Positions 1-9,922 of a stretch of 64,000 nucleotides of DNA are shown here, piece by piece. Source of the DNA: Candidatus Bathyarchaeota archaeon (GTDB lineage Archaea; Thermoproteota; Bathyarchaeia; Bathyarchaeales; Bathyarchaeaceae). The notes under the pieces are model-generated. The model did not search any database. It saw nothing but the letters and a program-made list of their open reading frames with translations, and was not told the origin of the DNA. Numbering within the stretch: the stretch's first letter is position 1; the number at the start of each line of letters is the position of its first letter. Location of the stretch: the NCBI GenBank assembly GCA_963697165.1, contig CAVOMX010000018.1:65313-129312 (forward strand), read 5' to 3'. Made by a program: the position numbers and the translations under genes.

Positions 1-87
1 ATTTTTAGTGACAAAGATGTCAAACTATTTAACAACTTATTACACACTATTGATGTGTACTTTTCATGATTAACGTGTGAGTAGACA

Positions 88-1086
88 TTGAAGAGACTTG
101 AAGTAACTGTAATAGGAAATCAAACCGATAGTGTCCAAGAAGTACTCAACAATTTAAATTTATCATATACTTTTTCCTCAGTAAAGATAGAAAACCAAGA
201 GTGCGGGGCATTTTCGAGTCTGTTGCCAGACAAACTTGTCGATAAGGCAATTGAAGAAATATTGAAAAAAATAGACTCACGCCTAAAAGAAAACACAATC
301 AGTATCTACAATGTTGAAGCTCACGTTTCCACACATGTCGATAGAATAACTAAAAAACTGCTCGAGGAAAGCACTCCAGCCAACCCTTTTGAAAGACTGG
401 TAGAAAACGCTGAAAAATTCACAAACATCAACAAAGACATCATATTGATGGCACTATTTGCTACTGTAATCGCTCTTGCAGGTCTTTTTCTTGACAACGC
501 AGTTACCGTAATTGGTGCAATGCTACTTTCGCCTCTACTAGGTCCCATTAATGCATTTGCAGTAAATGCAAGTATAGGAAAAGTAAAGAAACTACTTAGA
601 ATAGAAGTCTCAATAATAATCCTTTTAGCATCAGTAATGGCGTTGTCAGCTATAATCACATTTACACTGACATTTTTCTTTGACTTGACGTTAAGTTCAC
701 AAATTGCTATTCGAAGTCAAACTTCTTTGATTGACGTTGGAATAGGATTAATACTGGGTTTAGCTGGAGGTTTAGCTTTAGTATCTGACGTGTCAGAAAT
801 ATTAGTGGGCGTAGGAGTGGCAAGCGCTCTTTTGCCGCCAGCAGCAGTATCAGGAATAGGTTTGGCTCTTATGAATAATGAACTATTCTCTGGCGCATTA
901 ATACTAACTATGGTGTATCTAGTTGGTCTAGAACTGGGATGTACTGTGATGTTACGCACAAAAGGTGTCCGTCCGCGAAGGTTTTACCAACAAACAGAGG
1001 CAAAAAAACATTCTGCATATTTCATCATCACATTTAGTATGCTGCTGATAATTCTTCTGATAATTGTATATCTAAAAAGCGTTTGA
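88..1086 (+). CDS. DUF389 / TIGR00341-family membrane protein
   Basis: 332 aa; small N-terminal soluble domain then multiple TM helices with 'VIGAMLLSPLLGPI' and 'GVGVASALLPP' family motifs. Confidence 0.85.
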   Translation: MKRLEVTVIGNQTDSVQEVLNNLNLSYTFSSVKIENQECGAFSSLLPDKLVDKAIEEILKKIDSRLKENTISIYNVEAHVSTHVDRITKKLLEESTPANPFERLVENAEKFTNINKDIILMALFATVIALAGLFLDNAVTVIGAMLLSPLLGPINAFAVNASIGKVKKLLRIEVSIIILLASVMALSAIITFTLTFFFDLTLSSQIAIRSQTSLIDVGIGLILGLAGGLALVSDVSEILVGVGVASALLPPAAVSGIGLALMNNELFSGALILTMVYLVGLELGCTVMLRTKGVRPRRFYQQTEAKKHSAYFIITFSMLLIILLIIVYLKSV

Positions 1087-1140
1087 ATCTCAGCCCAAGG
1101 TCTCTACAAGTTTGGATTCAAGAGCCTCTGTTGAAAGAGT

Positions 1141-1464
1141 ATGAACTTGATGGTTTCTTTGCCTCGTAACCTTGACTGGAATGTGGTTAAGATGGCGTAT
1201 GATTTTCAGTCCAAAAACTATGAGCCACTATTTAACATCAGAGAAATAGGTCTTGCAACAGTCAGAGCTTTGGCTTTAGTTTCTGAGTTAGTTCACGTCG
1301 AAAAATCGTGCTGGGATGATCCAATAAAATTCAGTTTGTGTGTGGGCAGAAAAGATGGTGTTCCTTATCATGTGGACATGTCTATTTATGATGAGATGAT
1401 TGAGATTTTAGAGAATAAAGTGAAGCAAGCTAAGGTGGCGGGAAAGAGAAGCTTAATGCCGTGA
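1141..1464 (+). pseudogene. C-terminal fragment of a DUF763-family protein
   Basis: 'IGLATVRALALVSEL...WDDPIKFSLCVGRKDGVPY' resembles the DUF763 C-terminus; no room for the N-terminal two thirds after the gene ending at 1086. Confidence 0.6.
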
Positions 1465-1624
1465 AGAGGCTTCGTGTTCTTGCTATTCACTGATGTGTAA
1501 GTGTTTTTTTGTTTAAACATTTTTTGGGTGATGTTTCAATTTCGAATTCGGATTTGACACGAACATTTAAAAACTTTTTATATCTTATATCTTATCCTAC
1601 AATATTCTATAAGCGTGTCACTCT

Positions 1625-1846
1625 ATGACCAAAAAAGTCCATATTATAGCTGAGTTGCTACCAGAAGCATCCAAGACGCCATTTACTCAGATTGAAGAAA
1701 CAATAAGAAACGAGACAAAAATCCCATGGTGCAATGAAATAAAAGAAGTGACAATAGAGGATATTGACGAATCCTACAAGACCCTGAAAAACCATGGCAT
1801 TTCTAACAGCGTAGCACGAAACCTCATGGAATTGTACACCGAATAA
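1625..1846 (+). CDS. small hypothetical protein
   Basis: 73 aa ORF with ATG start, AT-rich promoter-like upstream region. Confidence 0.55.
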   Translation: MTKKVHIIAELLPEASKTPFTQIEETIRNETKIPWCNEIKEVTIEDIDESYKTLKNHGISNSVARNLMELYTE

Positions 1847-1921
1847 CAAAGCACTCTCACTGAAACAAGTGTCACTGAGTTATGGAACAAAAAACTTGAA
1901 TCAGTAATGTTCAAGTTCACG

Positions 1922-2479
1922 CTAACCTATTTTTCCGCGGATTTCTGTGCTTACCACTATTTTGGCGAACATTTCCTTTTTAGCTCTGCATATGGGACAG
2001 ATATACGGCGGTTCTTCACGGAAACAGACATAGCCGCATTGTTTGCAGTACCATAGTTCCATTTTGATTTCAGATGGCTGTTTGATGTCCTCAACATTTT
2101 TTGTGGGTGTTTCAGTTGTTGATGGTTCACTAAAAATTGTGTATGCTCTAGCCTGTTTTTCTATGGGTCTTCGTTCTGGAATGGGTTGTGCAGGCTTTTT
2201 TCCCTCATAAACATCTTTTGTGACGTATAATCCGCAGTAGCATTGTCCATACTCGTTTACGTCTGGGTCCCGATAGTCACATGGGCAGATTATGTCTCTG
2301 TCAAGCTTCAGCTTTCCTGAAGCCAGTCTGCATGGACACGATGGATAACCGTAACGTTCTTCGTTTTTTTGTAGCCCTTCCAGTAAGTCTTGGAGAAGCT
2401 CTGGGTCTTGGGTTAGATAGTAGCCATTGGCTTTTGCATCGCTCTCGGCTCTTTTTCTAACATTTTCTAGATTTGTCAA
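1922..2479 (-). CDS. ferredoxin:thioredoxin reductase catalytic-subunit-like protein with C-terminal rubredoxin-like domain (FDR-type)
   Basis: CPC, CPC, CYC motifs then C-terminal CKQCG...CPIC. Confidence 0.9.
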   Translation of the reverse strand: MTNLENVRKRAESDAKANGYYLTQDPELLQDLLEGLQKNEERYGYPSCPCRLASGKLKLDRDIICPCDYRDPDVNEYGQCYCGLYVTKDVYEGKKPAQPIPERRPIEKQARAYTIFSEPSTTETPTKNVEDIKQPSEIKMELWYCKQCGYVCFREEPPYICPICRAKKEMFAKIVVSTEIRGKIG

Positions 2480-2760
2480 ATCTCCAGAACCTCTCTTAGC
2501 TTGTCTGGGGATGCGCCAGTCAACAAGATTTTGTTGTCTATGATTAGTGTTGGATATGCAAGTTGTCCTCCGCGGCTTTTTATGTCTTGCATGATTTTGT
2601 TTTTGTCTTCCCAGTTACATACGTCGACGTCAATGTATTCATATCCAATGTTGTTGTCGTTCAGGAATTTTTTTGCACGTTTACACCAGCCGCAGGTGCT
2701 TATTGCATACACAAGAACTTGATGTTTGTTGTTCCTTCCCGGAACCTTAACTGTCTGCAT
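2476..2760 (-). CDS. glutaredoxin family protein
   Basis: 'STCGWCKRAK' active site and 'YPTLII'; stop overlaps start of the FTR-like gene. Confidence 0.9.
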   Translation of the reverse strand: MQTVKVPGRNNKHQVLVYAISTCGWCKRAKKFLNDNNIGYEYIDVDVCNWEDKNKIMQDIKSRGGQLAYPTLIIDNKILLTGASPDKLREVLEI

Positions 2761-2874
2761 CTTATCTCCACTTATTGTTATTATCGTGCCTTGATTTAAC
2801 GTTAATTGATTTTCTGGAACACGAAAACCCATCATTAACGTGCCACGAAGTCAAGAATGAAATAAAATCAATTT

Positions 2875-3894
2875 CTATTTCAAGATCATGTGATCCGAGG
2901 GCTTGCTCCCCAATAGCAACCTGAAGTGGTCATCTTTTCCTTCTTGTTGCACTCTTTCAAGTTTGCCTTCTGCAATCACGGCTTCACCACTTTTTGCTTG
3001 TTCACAAAATCTTCCTCGAAAGGATACAATCTCTTTAATTGGCTCAACTTTTTTGCCTTCAACTATTTCCACGTTGGCGAGCTTGTAGGTGCATGGCGTG
3101 AAGAGTGCTTCTGAATCGTCAGCAACTGTGGCTTTGATTCTTGCGTTGCCTTCTGGCTTGTAGATTATGCTGCCATATTGTTCACTGATTTCGTTGTGGT
3201 CTTTTACGAAGCGGATGAAAAAGTGTTTTCCCATGAATTTGCCGTGGGAAATTTTTCGGGAGTCGGTTCGAACGAAATCTTCGAAAGATGTGATGGTGTC
3301 CTTCGAACGGAAATCGAACAGCTCTTTTAGACCCTCCAAGTCATACGCTTTGACTGGGCTATTCTTGTCTTCTAGCATCTCTTTCATTGTTGCCTGTACC
3401 CTGTAGCCTGTTTTGGACCCGTAAACGACTAGGTCAATGTCAGAATCTGCTTCATGAAGCTTAACTAGGATAGACCCTGAAACGCCCAGTTTGCTCCATT
3501 GGACCCCAGCTTTTTCTTTGAGGTTTTCTATAAACTGTAAAGCTGCTGTTTCTGCTTCGTCCAAATTGTTTCTGTTCCGTAGGTCTTGTAGGCCCCGAGC
3601 GGGCTGATAATGCTGTTTTATGTCCTCTACTGGAACCTCGCAAAGTAACGTATTGAAGACAGGGTCGTTTACTAAGTATTGTGGATATTCTCGTTTTAGC
3701 AGGTCATAGCGTTTTGCAAGTGCATAAAATTTGCTGTATCGTTTTCCATCTCTTTCTCTGTTGCCATTTGGGTCAGGAACATAACGGATGAAGGCTACCA
3801 CCCTGTGTGGCGGATGAACTAATCCTTTAACATCAAAAAAGATGTTACCTTTAGTTTCGAGTAGGTCACCTTCGCGTGCTTTCATGCAGTTCAC
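2875..3894 (-). CDS. predicted nucleotidyltransferase (COG1665-like)
   Basis: 'GVSGSIL...SDIDLVVYG' Pol-beta NTase motif; N-terminal 'VKGLVHPP...RYVP'. Confidence 0.8.
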   Translation of the reverse strand: MNCMKAREGDLLETKGNIFFDVKGLVHPPHRVVAFIRYVPDPNGNRERDGKRYSKFYALAKRYDLLKREYPQYLVNDPVFNTLLCEVPVEDIKQHYQPARGLQDLRNRNNLDEAETAALQFIENLKEKAGVQWSKLGVSGSILVKLHEADSDIDLVVYGSKTGYRVQATMKEMLEDKNSPVKAYDLEGLKELFDFRSKDTITSFEDFVRTDSRKISHGKFMGKHFFIRFVKDHNEISEQYGSIIYKPEGNARIKATVADDSEALFTPCTYKLANVEIVEGKKVEPIKEIVSFRGRFCEQAKSGEAVIAEGKLERVQQEGKDDHFRLLLGSKPSDHMILK

Positions 3895-3998
3895 GTACTT
3901 GATTTAGAAGCTCAGCAGTATTAATTTTCTGAGTGTTTATTATCTTTTTATAAAAAATAATTGGTGGGATTTGGGGCTAAGACGCAGTTTTGAGCGCT

Positions 3999-4715
3999 TT
4001 AGTTTTTGATTATGCTATATATTCCAGATTTTCTGAGGCTGTAGTATAGGGGCAAAGCGATGGCAACTGTGATAATTACTGCAACTATTCTTTCGACAGG
4101 ATAAATGAATATGATGCTGTTCCAAATTTCAGGTATGAGCCCTGGATTAAAGTACCATATTGCTAAGCCGCTGCCGAATATGTGATCAGTTAAGGTGCCC
4201 ACAAACGCGGCGACGGTGACTCCTAGACCCAGCCTCTTTATATTTGATAGCTCGGTTGACCAAACTGCAAGTCGTGTTGAGAAAGCTAATGCAACAATCA
4301 ATGCAATTATATGCAAAAATGGATAAAACATGGCTTCGCGACCGAACGGGTGACTGTAGAACAGGAGAATTGAGGCAAGAATCATTGCCGCTGAAATGTA
4401 GCCTCGTTTTGCTATTGTGAAACCTGCGCTGAAAGCGCCTATGGTTGCTGGCAAAAATGATAGAACACCGAAGATTGCTCCTGCAGGGTTTATGAACATG
4501 CCAATTATTGAGCCAATTAATACTGATATGCCTCCTGATAAGGGTCCGAGGATAATTCCAATTAGTGGGGCGCTTACTACTCCTAGAGTTATGGAGCCTC
4601 CAACTCCTATTGTTATTGTGTATGGTAGGGAACTCAAAATTGTATGTAGTGCTGCAAAAATGGCTATTAATGCGATTCCTTTGGGTGTGCGGAGGTTTTC
4701 GATCATTAATTTCAC
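3999..4715 (-). CDS. ECF transporter S-component-like membrane protein
   Basis: 'ALIAIFAAL' N-terminal helix, 'IILGPLSG' motif, ~6-7 TM helices. Confidence 0.65.
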   Translation of the reverse strand: MKLMIENLRTPKGIALIAIFAALHTILSSLPYTITIGVGGSITLGVVSAPLIGIILGPLSGGISVLIGSIIGMFINPAGAIFGVLSFLPATIGAFSAGFTIAKRGYISAAMILASILLFYSHPFGREAMFYPFLHIIALIVALAFSTRLAVWSTELSNIKRLGLGVTVAAFVGTLTDHIFGSGLAIWYFNPGLIPEIWNSIIFIYPVERIVAVIITVAIALPLYYSLRKSGIYSIIKN

Positions 4716-5301
4716 CTGATTATCGTTGTGTAATTTTTTACACTTGTATTATTTTACACTCTGTATCTTAGTATTTGGTATATAAGATTACCTCCATTTT
4801 TTCCTCTTTTCCTGAAAAAAGGCTGTTTTCAACAAATAGCTGTTATTAGTCTCCTGTTATGAATTGGCAATGGGTCGTTTTGTTGGGTTTGTCGGAACAT
4901 TATTTGGAAGACGCTGGGGTAATTTGAGATTTATGGGCGGGTATCTCTGTTAACCTATTGTGGGTGTTGGGTTGGTTGTTTTTGAAGAGGGCACGCTTGT
5001 TCTTTTGAGAAGGGGTGCTGGAGCCTACCACCGATATGACAGACGTCAGATGGGTTCCATTTGGTGAAGTGGAAAACTGCGATTTGGCAGAGTTGGTTCG
5101 TTCATTCTTTAGAAAACTCAGAAAAGAACTAGAGAAAAAAATGCTGTGTGCTATGAACAGGATATTTATTCTCCACAACACGCTTTCTTTTCCCATGTAT
5201 TTGGTCATAAAGAATAGGCTATTCTTAATCTGTACGCTGAATTCATAAGTTAATTAAATATTGAAAATAATTAGACCGTCATAAGATGTGGAGAGAAAAA
5301 A

Positions 5302-5472
5302 ATGAAAAATACTCCCTTAATGGAAAAACGTGAAAGACTCCAAAAAGTCATGATGGAAACATTACAAAAAGAGGTACAACCATTAAACCATGATTTGCAG
5401 TCAATATTAATTGACGATATGGTAACAGCTTTTTATAATCGATTAGAAGTTATGAAAAAAATCATGGGATAA
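5302..5472 (+). CDS. small hypothetical protein (56 aa, below ORF-track cutoff)
   Basis: GGAGAG SD then MKNTPLMEKRERLQKVMMETLQKEVQPLNHDLQSILIDDMVTAFYNRLEVMKKIMG; directly upstream of wHTH gene. Confidence 0.6.
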   Translation: MKNTPLMEKRERLQKVMMETLQKEVQPLNHDLQSILIDDMVTAFYNRLEVMKKIMG

Positions 5473-5496
5473 ACAAAAAAGGGAGATTTTAAGAAT

Positions 5497-5793
5497 ATGC
5501 GAAGATCAAAAATGGAAATGCACTTAGATATTCTCAGGACTTTAGCCCAAAAAGGTCCACTTAAACTTACACATATAATGTATAAAGCCAACGTTAACTG
5601 CTGCGTACTCAAGGAATACTTGGATTTTCTCACCCTTCAAAACCTTGTTGAAGAAAAGACCTTACGAAAAGAAAGAATTGTCTATGAAATTACAGAAAAA
5701 GGATTAACGGTCCTAAGATACTTTAGAGAATTACAGATTATGTTACCAGTCCTAGAAGAAGATAAAGCAAGCATTCCGCCAATGCTATATTGA
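5497..5793 (+). CDS. winged-helix transcription regulator (COG3432-like)
   Basis: 'RRSKMEMHLDIL...THIMYKANVN...YEITEKG' pattern. Confidence 0.85.
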   Translation: MRRSKMEMHLDILRTLAQKGPLKLTHIMYKANVNCCVLKEYLDFLTLQNLVEEKTLRKERIVYEITEKGLTVLRYFRELQIMLPVLEEDKASIPPMLY

Positions 5794-5968
5794 CCAACAG
5801 AATGTTCGAACAATTGTGTGCACATGTAAAAAGTGACCCCCAATATAAATTTTATAAAATGTTAACAATGCTTAAAATTTGATTTTTGAGTTACTCTAGT
5901 TTTTCGTGTTCATAAGAAAAAATTTTAAAGAAAAAGAACTAGCAATTAGTATGATTTCGATGTTCTTA

Positions 5969-6766
5969 CTACAGCGACAGAGAAGATGGCGTATGTTTTT
6001 GGTTAGGTGGACTTACAAGTAGATTTCTTATTTTGCGTTCGTTGGTATCTACCGTTCTTGGGGAAATATTGAAAACTTCACCGATTTGGCTTTTTGAACT
6101 GCGGTTTTTTGTAATTTTGCATGAATAGTATAGGGCTCCTGCTGCCATTGAGATTGGATTTCCACCCCTTTTTTGAAATTTACTTAAAATTTTCTTGGCG
6201 AGCACTATTGTTTCTTTTTTGTTTGTGATTTGATGTGCATGTTCCAGAAGGTAGTCTTTGGATTTTTTTCTGGTAGTTTTTATTATATTTTTTTTGCCAT
6301 TGATTTTTTTTAGTATCCAGACTTGCTTTAAAACTGATTTATATTCTGTGTTCAATTCTTGGCACATTTGCTTTATGGGGCGATTTTTGTCGTATTCTTT
6401 TAATATTAAGTGAATTAGAGCAATTATTGTAACTCGTTTTTTCTTAGCAAATCTTTGAGATTTTAAGAAGAGGTTTTTTTCTTTTCTTATTTTTTTTGCT
6501 GCTTCTTCTTGGAATGGGAATCTTGGGATTTGTAGTTGACAAGAAATTGTTCTTAAAGTTGTTAACCACTCTTTTAGTGGTTCAGGATCTTCTGGACTCC
6601 AGTTTGAGTACCATTCAGGGTTCCATTGGGTAAACATTGGAAAATAATGCGTGTGATCTATTACTAAACCGCATGTTGTGCACACTTTTTCGCCTTTTGG
6701 TCCTTCTGGCGAAACCGGAAGTCCATTGCATACTGGACATTTTAACATTTTATCTTTTTTCTCCAT
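5969..6766 (-). CDS. divergent TFIIB/TFB-like protein
   Basis: N-terminal Zn ribbon CPVC...GEKVCTTCGLVI; C-terminal cyclin-fold motif 'GGNPISMAAGALYYS...SQIGEVFNISPRTV'. Confidence 0.75.
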   Translation of the reverse strand: MEKKDKMLKCPVCNGLPVSPEGPKGEKVCTTCGLVIDHTHYFPMFTQWNPEWYSNWSPEDPEPLKEWLTTLRTISCQLQIPRFPFQEEAAKKIRKEKNLFLKSQRFAKKKRVTIIALIHLILKEYDKNRPIKQMCQELNTEYKSVLKQVWILKKINGKKNIIKTTRKKSKDYLLEHAHQITNKKETIVLAKKILSKFQKRGGNPISMAAGALYYSCKITKNRSSKSQIGEVFNISPRTVDTNERKIRNLLVSPPNQKHTPSSLSL

Positions 6767-7093
6767 TATGTGTCAAAACGCCGAATTGCTGTAAGTCCAT
6801 AATGGCGTTTGCCGATGTTGGCATATGACATGATACGCTTTTTGTGATTTAATTTATAAAATAGACGGAATACTCATTATAGAAATGTCAAACCATTCAT
6901 ATAGAAGATAATTATAGTTCTTTTATTCTAGAACTAAGTTCTAGTGTTAAGATAAAAACAAAAAAACACTAACTGCCTTAGTCATTATGGATATGAATTT
7001 GGTTAATTTGAATAATTCGAATATTTATTAATTCGAAGTTGATTGCTCTCGTTTTAAATTAGATTAAAAAATAATGTTTTATTGTAGGCTGGT

Positions 7094-7414
7094 TTAGATC
7101 AACAGTTTTGAGAAAATATGGAAGATTCCTGAAAAAACTATTGCACCTATTGAGACATCAATTGCATATAAGCTGTTTTTTAGCACATTCAAGCCTCTGG
7201 TTGAACGTTGCTCACATATTCGGTAACCAACAAAATACACAATAAGTAAATAAAAAAGCAATAGCATCCTAAAAACAGCCCAACTGTCCAAGCCTAAATT
7301 ATTAACAAAGGAATTTAATTCAACGCAGCCTACACTCAGACCTATCTTGGTTACTATCGTGTCTAGCAAAGTGAAGATAGCAAGGAAAGCCATCAATATT
7401 TTGTAAATTACCAT
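7094..7414 (-). CDS. DUF5658-like small membrane protein
   Basis: 'LLDTIVTKIGLSVGCVELN' motif, 3 TM helices. Confidence 0.65.
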   Translation of the reverse strand: MVIYKILMAFLAIFTLLDTIVTKIGLSVGCVELNSFVNNLGLDSWAVFRMLLLFYLLIVYFVGYRICEQRSTRGLNVLKNSLYAIDVSIGAIVFSGIFHIFSKLLI

Positions 7415-7596
7415 TTAATTCATGAATTTTAAAGTAAATAATTGGTGTTATCACTTATGAAGTAAAAATATTGATCCACACTTGACCTTTTTTAAAACAT
7501 TTGAACTGGAGCAGTTACACTGTCTGTAAGTGTTAGAAAAAATGCAATTTTTCGCTGTTTATAAACTTGCTTTGTAAATGGAGTGTTGTGAATTTC

Positions 7597-7749
7597 ATGG
7601 GAGCAATACGAGGAGTAATTACCTCTAGCACTGAAGACAGATTTAGGAAAATTGCCATGAAAAAGTTTGGCTACCGAAAAGGTAGCTTATCCGAAGCACT
7701 GGAAGAGGCCTTACGCCAGTGGATTGAATTAAACAAGACAAGTGTCTAG
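7597..7749 (+). CDS. small ribbon-helix-helix-like DNA-binding protein
   Basis: 'EDRFRKIAMKKFGYRKGSLSEALEEALRQW'. Confidence 0.6.
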   Translation: MGAIRGVITSSTEDRFRKIAMKKFGYRKGSLSEALEEALRQWIELNKTSV

Positions 7750-7924
7750 TTTTAAGTTAAGGCGTTAAATCAGCTTTGAAATCAGTAGAAAATATGAACG
7801 TTAATGAACATAATGATACATATTTTGCGTTTAAAAATATTTTCAAGGAAAATTACGTAGTTTATATACGTACTTTGGAAAGGGTTTATCGAGAAAAATC
7901 TCAAGAGGAGGTGTAGAGAAAAAA

Positions 7925-8367
7925 ATGAAATTTACTAAACTACTAAGAAGCAAAAAAGCTATCTCACCTATATTTGCTAGCCTTATACTCATTGCAATTG
8001 CAGTAATCGCAGGCATTGTAGTTTACATGTTTACATCAGGAACCATTGGCGGTTTGACTTCTGGTGGTACTGCAGCACAAGAAAAAGCAGCAGTACAAGG
8101 AGTAGGTTCTATCACAACCACAAGTTTTGATGTTTACGCTAGCTATGTATCAGGAGGAAACGTCATCACTATAACCGGTGCAGTGATTAAGAACTCAAAC
8201 GGTCAGAGTTGGGTTGGTACAGTCCCGCAGGTTCTGACTTAGGTGTTGATGGATCTCTTGAAACCATACCCGTTAGTGTCACAGGAACATTAACTGCAGG
8301 CTCTTACTCTGTTACCCTGACAAGCAGCAAAGGCGGTAGCTTCACTTCTTCGTCATTCATAGTCTAA
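7925..8367 (+). CDS. type IV pilin (probable major pilin), one frameshift near 8240
   Basis: class III signal peptide SKKA|ISPIFASLILIAIAVIAG; strong SD GAGGAGGTG; shifted frame continues LGVDGSLETIP...GGSFTSSSFIV*; followed by pyrimidine tract. Confidence 0.85.
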
Positions 8368-8478
8368 TAGGCGGTTTTTCTCAACCGCTCTTTTTTCCCC
8401 TTTTTTATTCTAGTAAATGTGCGCTTAAATGGTCTGACATTTAAAGTGCACAAAAATTTCAACGGTAGTGTTTCAGAA

Positions 8479-8976
8479 ATGGAAAATACTAATATCGACT
8501 CAATAGCCAATGCGGTGCCCAAAAAAAAGAGGGTTATGGTTAGCAAAAGTGCTATTTCCCCTATCTTTGCAACTCTTATTATTTTGGCAGTTGTAACTGT
8601 TTTATTTATACCCGTATTCATTTGGACTACAGGAACAACCAGTGAAAATGAAGATTTCTGGGAAGCTTCAGGCATCACTGTAACCGAACGAATTGTAATC
8701 GAAGAAGTTAACCTAAAATCGACTAACTATTGCACAATATACATACGAAACATTGGAAAAACAGCAGTTACAATAAACAACATCCTAATCACTTCACCAG
8801 ACAAAACTAGTCATGTTTACAACTCAGGAGATTTTACTCCTGCACCTGAATATGTTACTCAAGGAGAACTATTAACCATCGAAAACCTGGCGCTTGATTA
8901 CACGACTGGTCTTTACACAATAAAGGTCATCACACCTCGAGGAGTTGCAGATACATATCAAGTTGTGGTTGAATAA
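8479..8976 (+). CDS. type IV pilin-like protein
   Basis: SKSA|ISPIFATLIIL signal; 'ERIVIE...IYIRNIG...IKVITPRG' pilin motifs. Confidence 0.85.
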   Translation: MENTNIDSIANAVPKKKRVMVSKSAISPIFATLIILAVVTVLFIPVFIWTTGTTSENEDFWEASGITVTERIVIEEVNLKSTNYCTIYIRNIGKTAVTINNILITSPDKTSHVYNSGDFTPAPEYVTQGELLTIENLALDYTTGLYTIKVITPRGVADTYQVVVE

Positions 8977-9907
8977 ATTGGGTTTTGCAACCAAATTTAT
9001 CCGTTGTAAAAAGGGACTTGAAACAGTCACAGCATTGTTTATGCTTCTGATTATGTTTACAGTAATAACAGGCATAATAATTGCTTATGTTAACTATAAC
9101 TTGTCAGCTCAAGAACAAATGAGTATTGAGCATGAACGATCGCAAGAAAGAATTACTCTGTTAAAGCAAATAGATGAATACACTAATACTATTTCAAACG
9201 TTACCATCAATAACGTAGGGTCAATCGATGTTATTTTAAGAGCAATTTACATTGATGATGATGGTGTATTCTCTACTTTTGATCCTTCTGTTGGAATGGA
9301 CACTACTTTAGTTCCAAGCAGTTCCATAGTGATTCCAATTGATATTCATCCGTTTAAGGATGCAAAAATTGTTGCAGCAACCCAAAGAGGCACAAGATCA
9401 ATAGATATTCCGCCCCCAATCCAATATCAGGAACCCCCACCGCCAGATACCAATGAATTCTATATGGGTCCTCTTCTTCTCAAGTTTGATGAATTCTGGT
9501 ATCAAACGTTTACTGGAACTTTTAGTCCAGAAGGAGACTGGGACGAAGGATGGGTTGTGTCCAGTGACCCTGGGGAGTATTGTGCCTGGAAAATAGGTTT
9601 AACCAACATCGGTGACAAGAATATTACAATTAATGGTTATTCATGTTTTTCAACATTTCCCAGCGGTTCTTCAGATTATCGCTCGTGGTTTCTTTGGACT
9701 GAAACTGCGCCTAGCACATTGCAATTACCTATTAACGAAACCGTTACATTGTTTTTTGTTCGAGCATCTCCTGAATCAAGTGGTCTAGTAAAGATTTATT
9801 CTAATAACCAAATTTGCATGGTTTTTCTAACGTTTTATGGAGTCTATGATAATGGAGGGGCGTATGCTCAAACGATACCCTTCGAAGCTGCGATAACCAT
9901 CGAATAG
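8945..9907 (+). CDS. large minor pilin-like protein
   Basis: KKG|LETVTALFMLL signal; 'NVGS...RAIYI...AATQRG'; extra C-terminal domain ending YAQTIPFEA. Confidence 0.8.
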   Translation: MQIHIKLWLNKLGFATKFIRCKKGLETVTALFMLLIMFTVITGIIIAYVNYNLSAQEQMSIEHERSQERITLLKQIDEYTNTISNVTINNVGSIDVILRAIYIDDDGVFSTFDPSVGMDTTLVPSSSIVIPIDIHPFKDAKIVAATQRGTRSIDIPPPIQYQEPPPPDTNEFYMGPLLLKFDEFWYQTFTGTFSPEGDWDEGWVVSSDPGEYCAWKIGLTNIGDKNITINGYSCFSTFPSGSSDYRSWFLWTETAPSTLQLPINETVTLFFVRASPESSGLVKIYSNNQICMVFLTFYGVYDNGGAYAQTIPFEAAITIE

Positions 9908-9922
9908 TAGGAGAAATGGATT

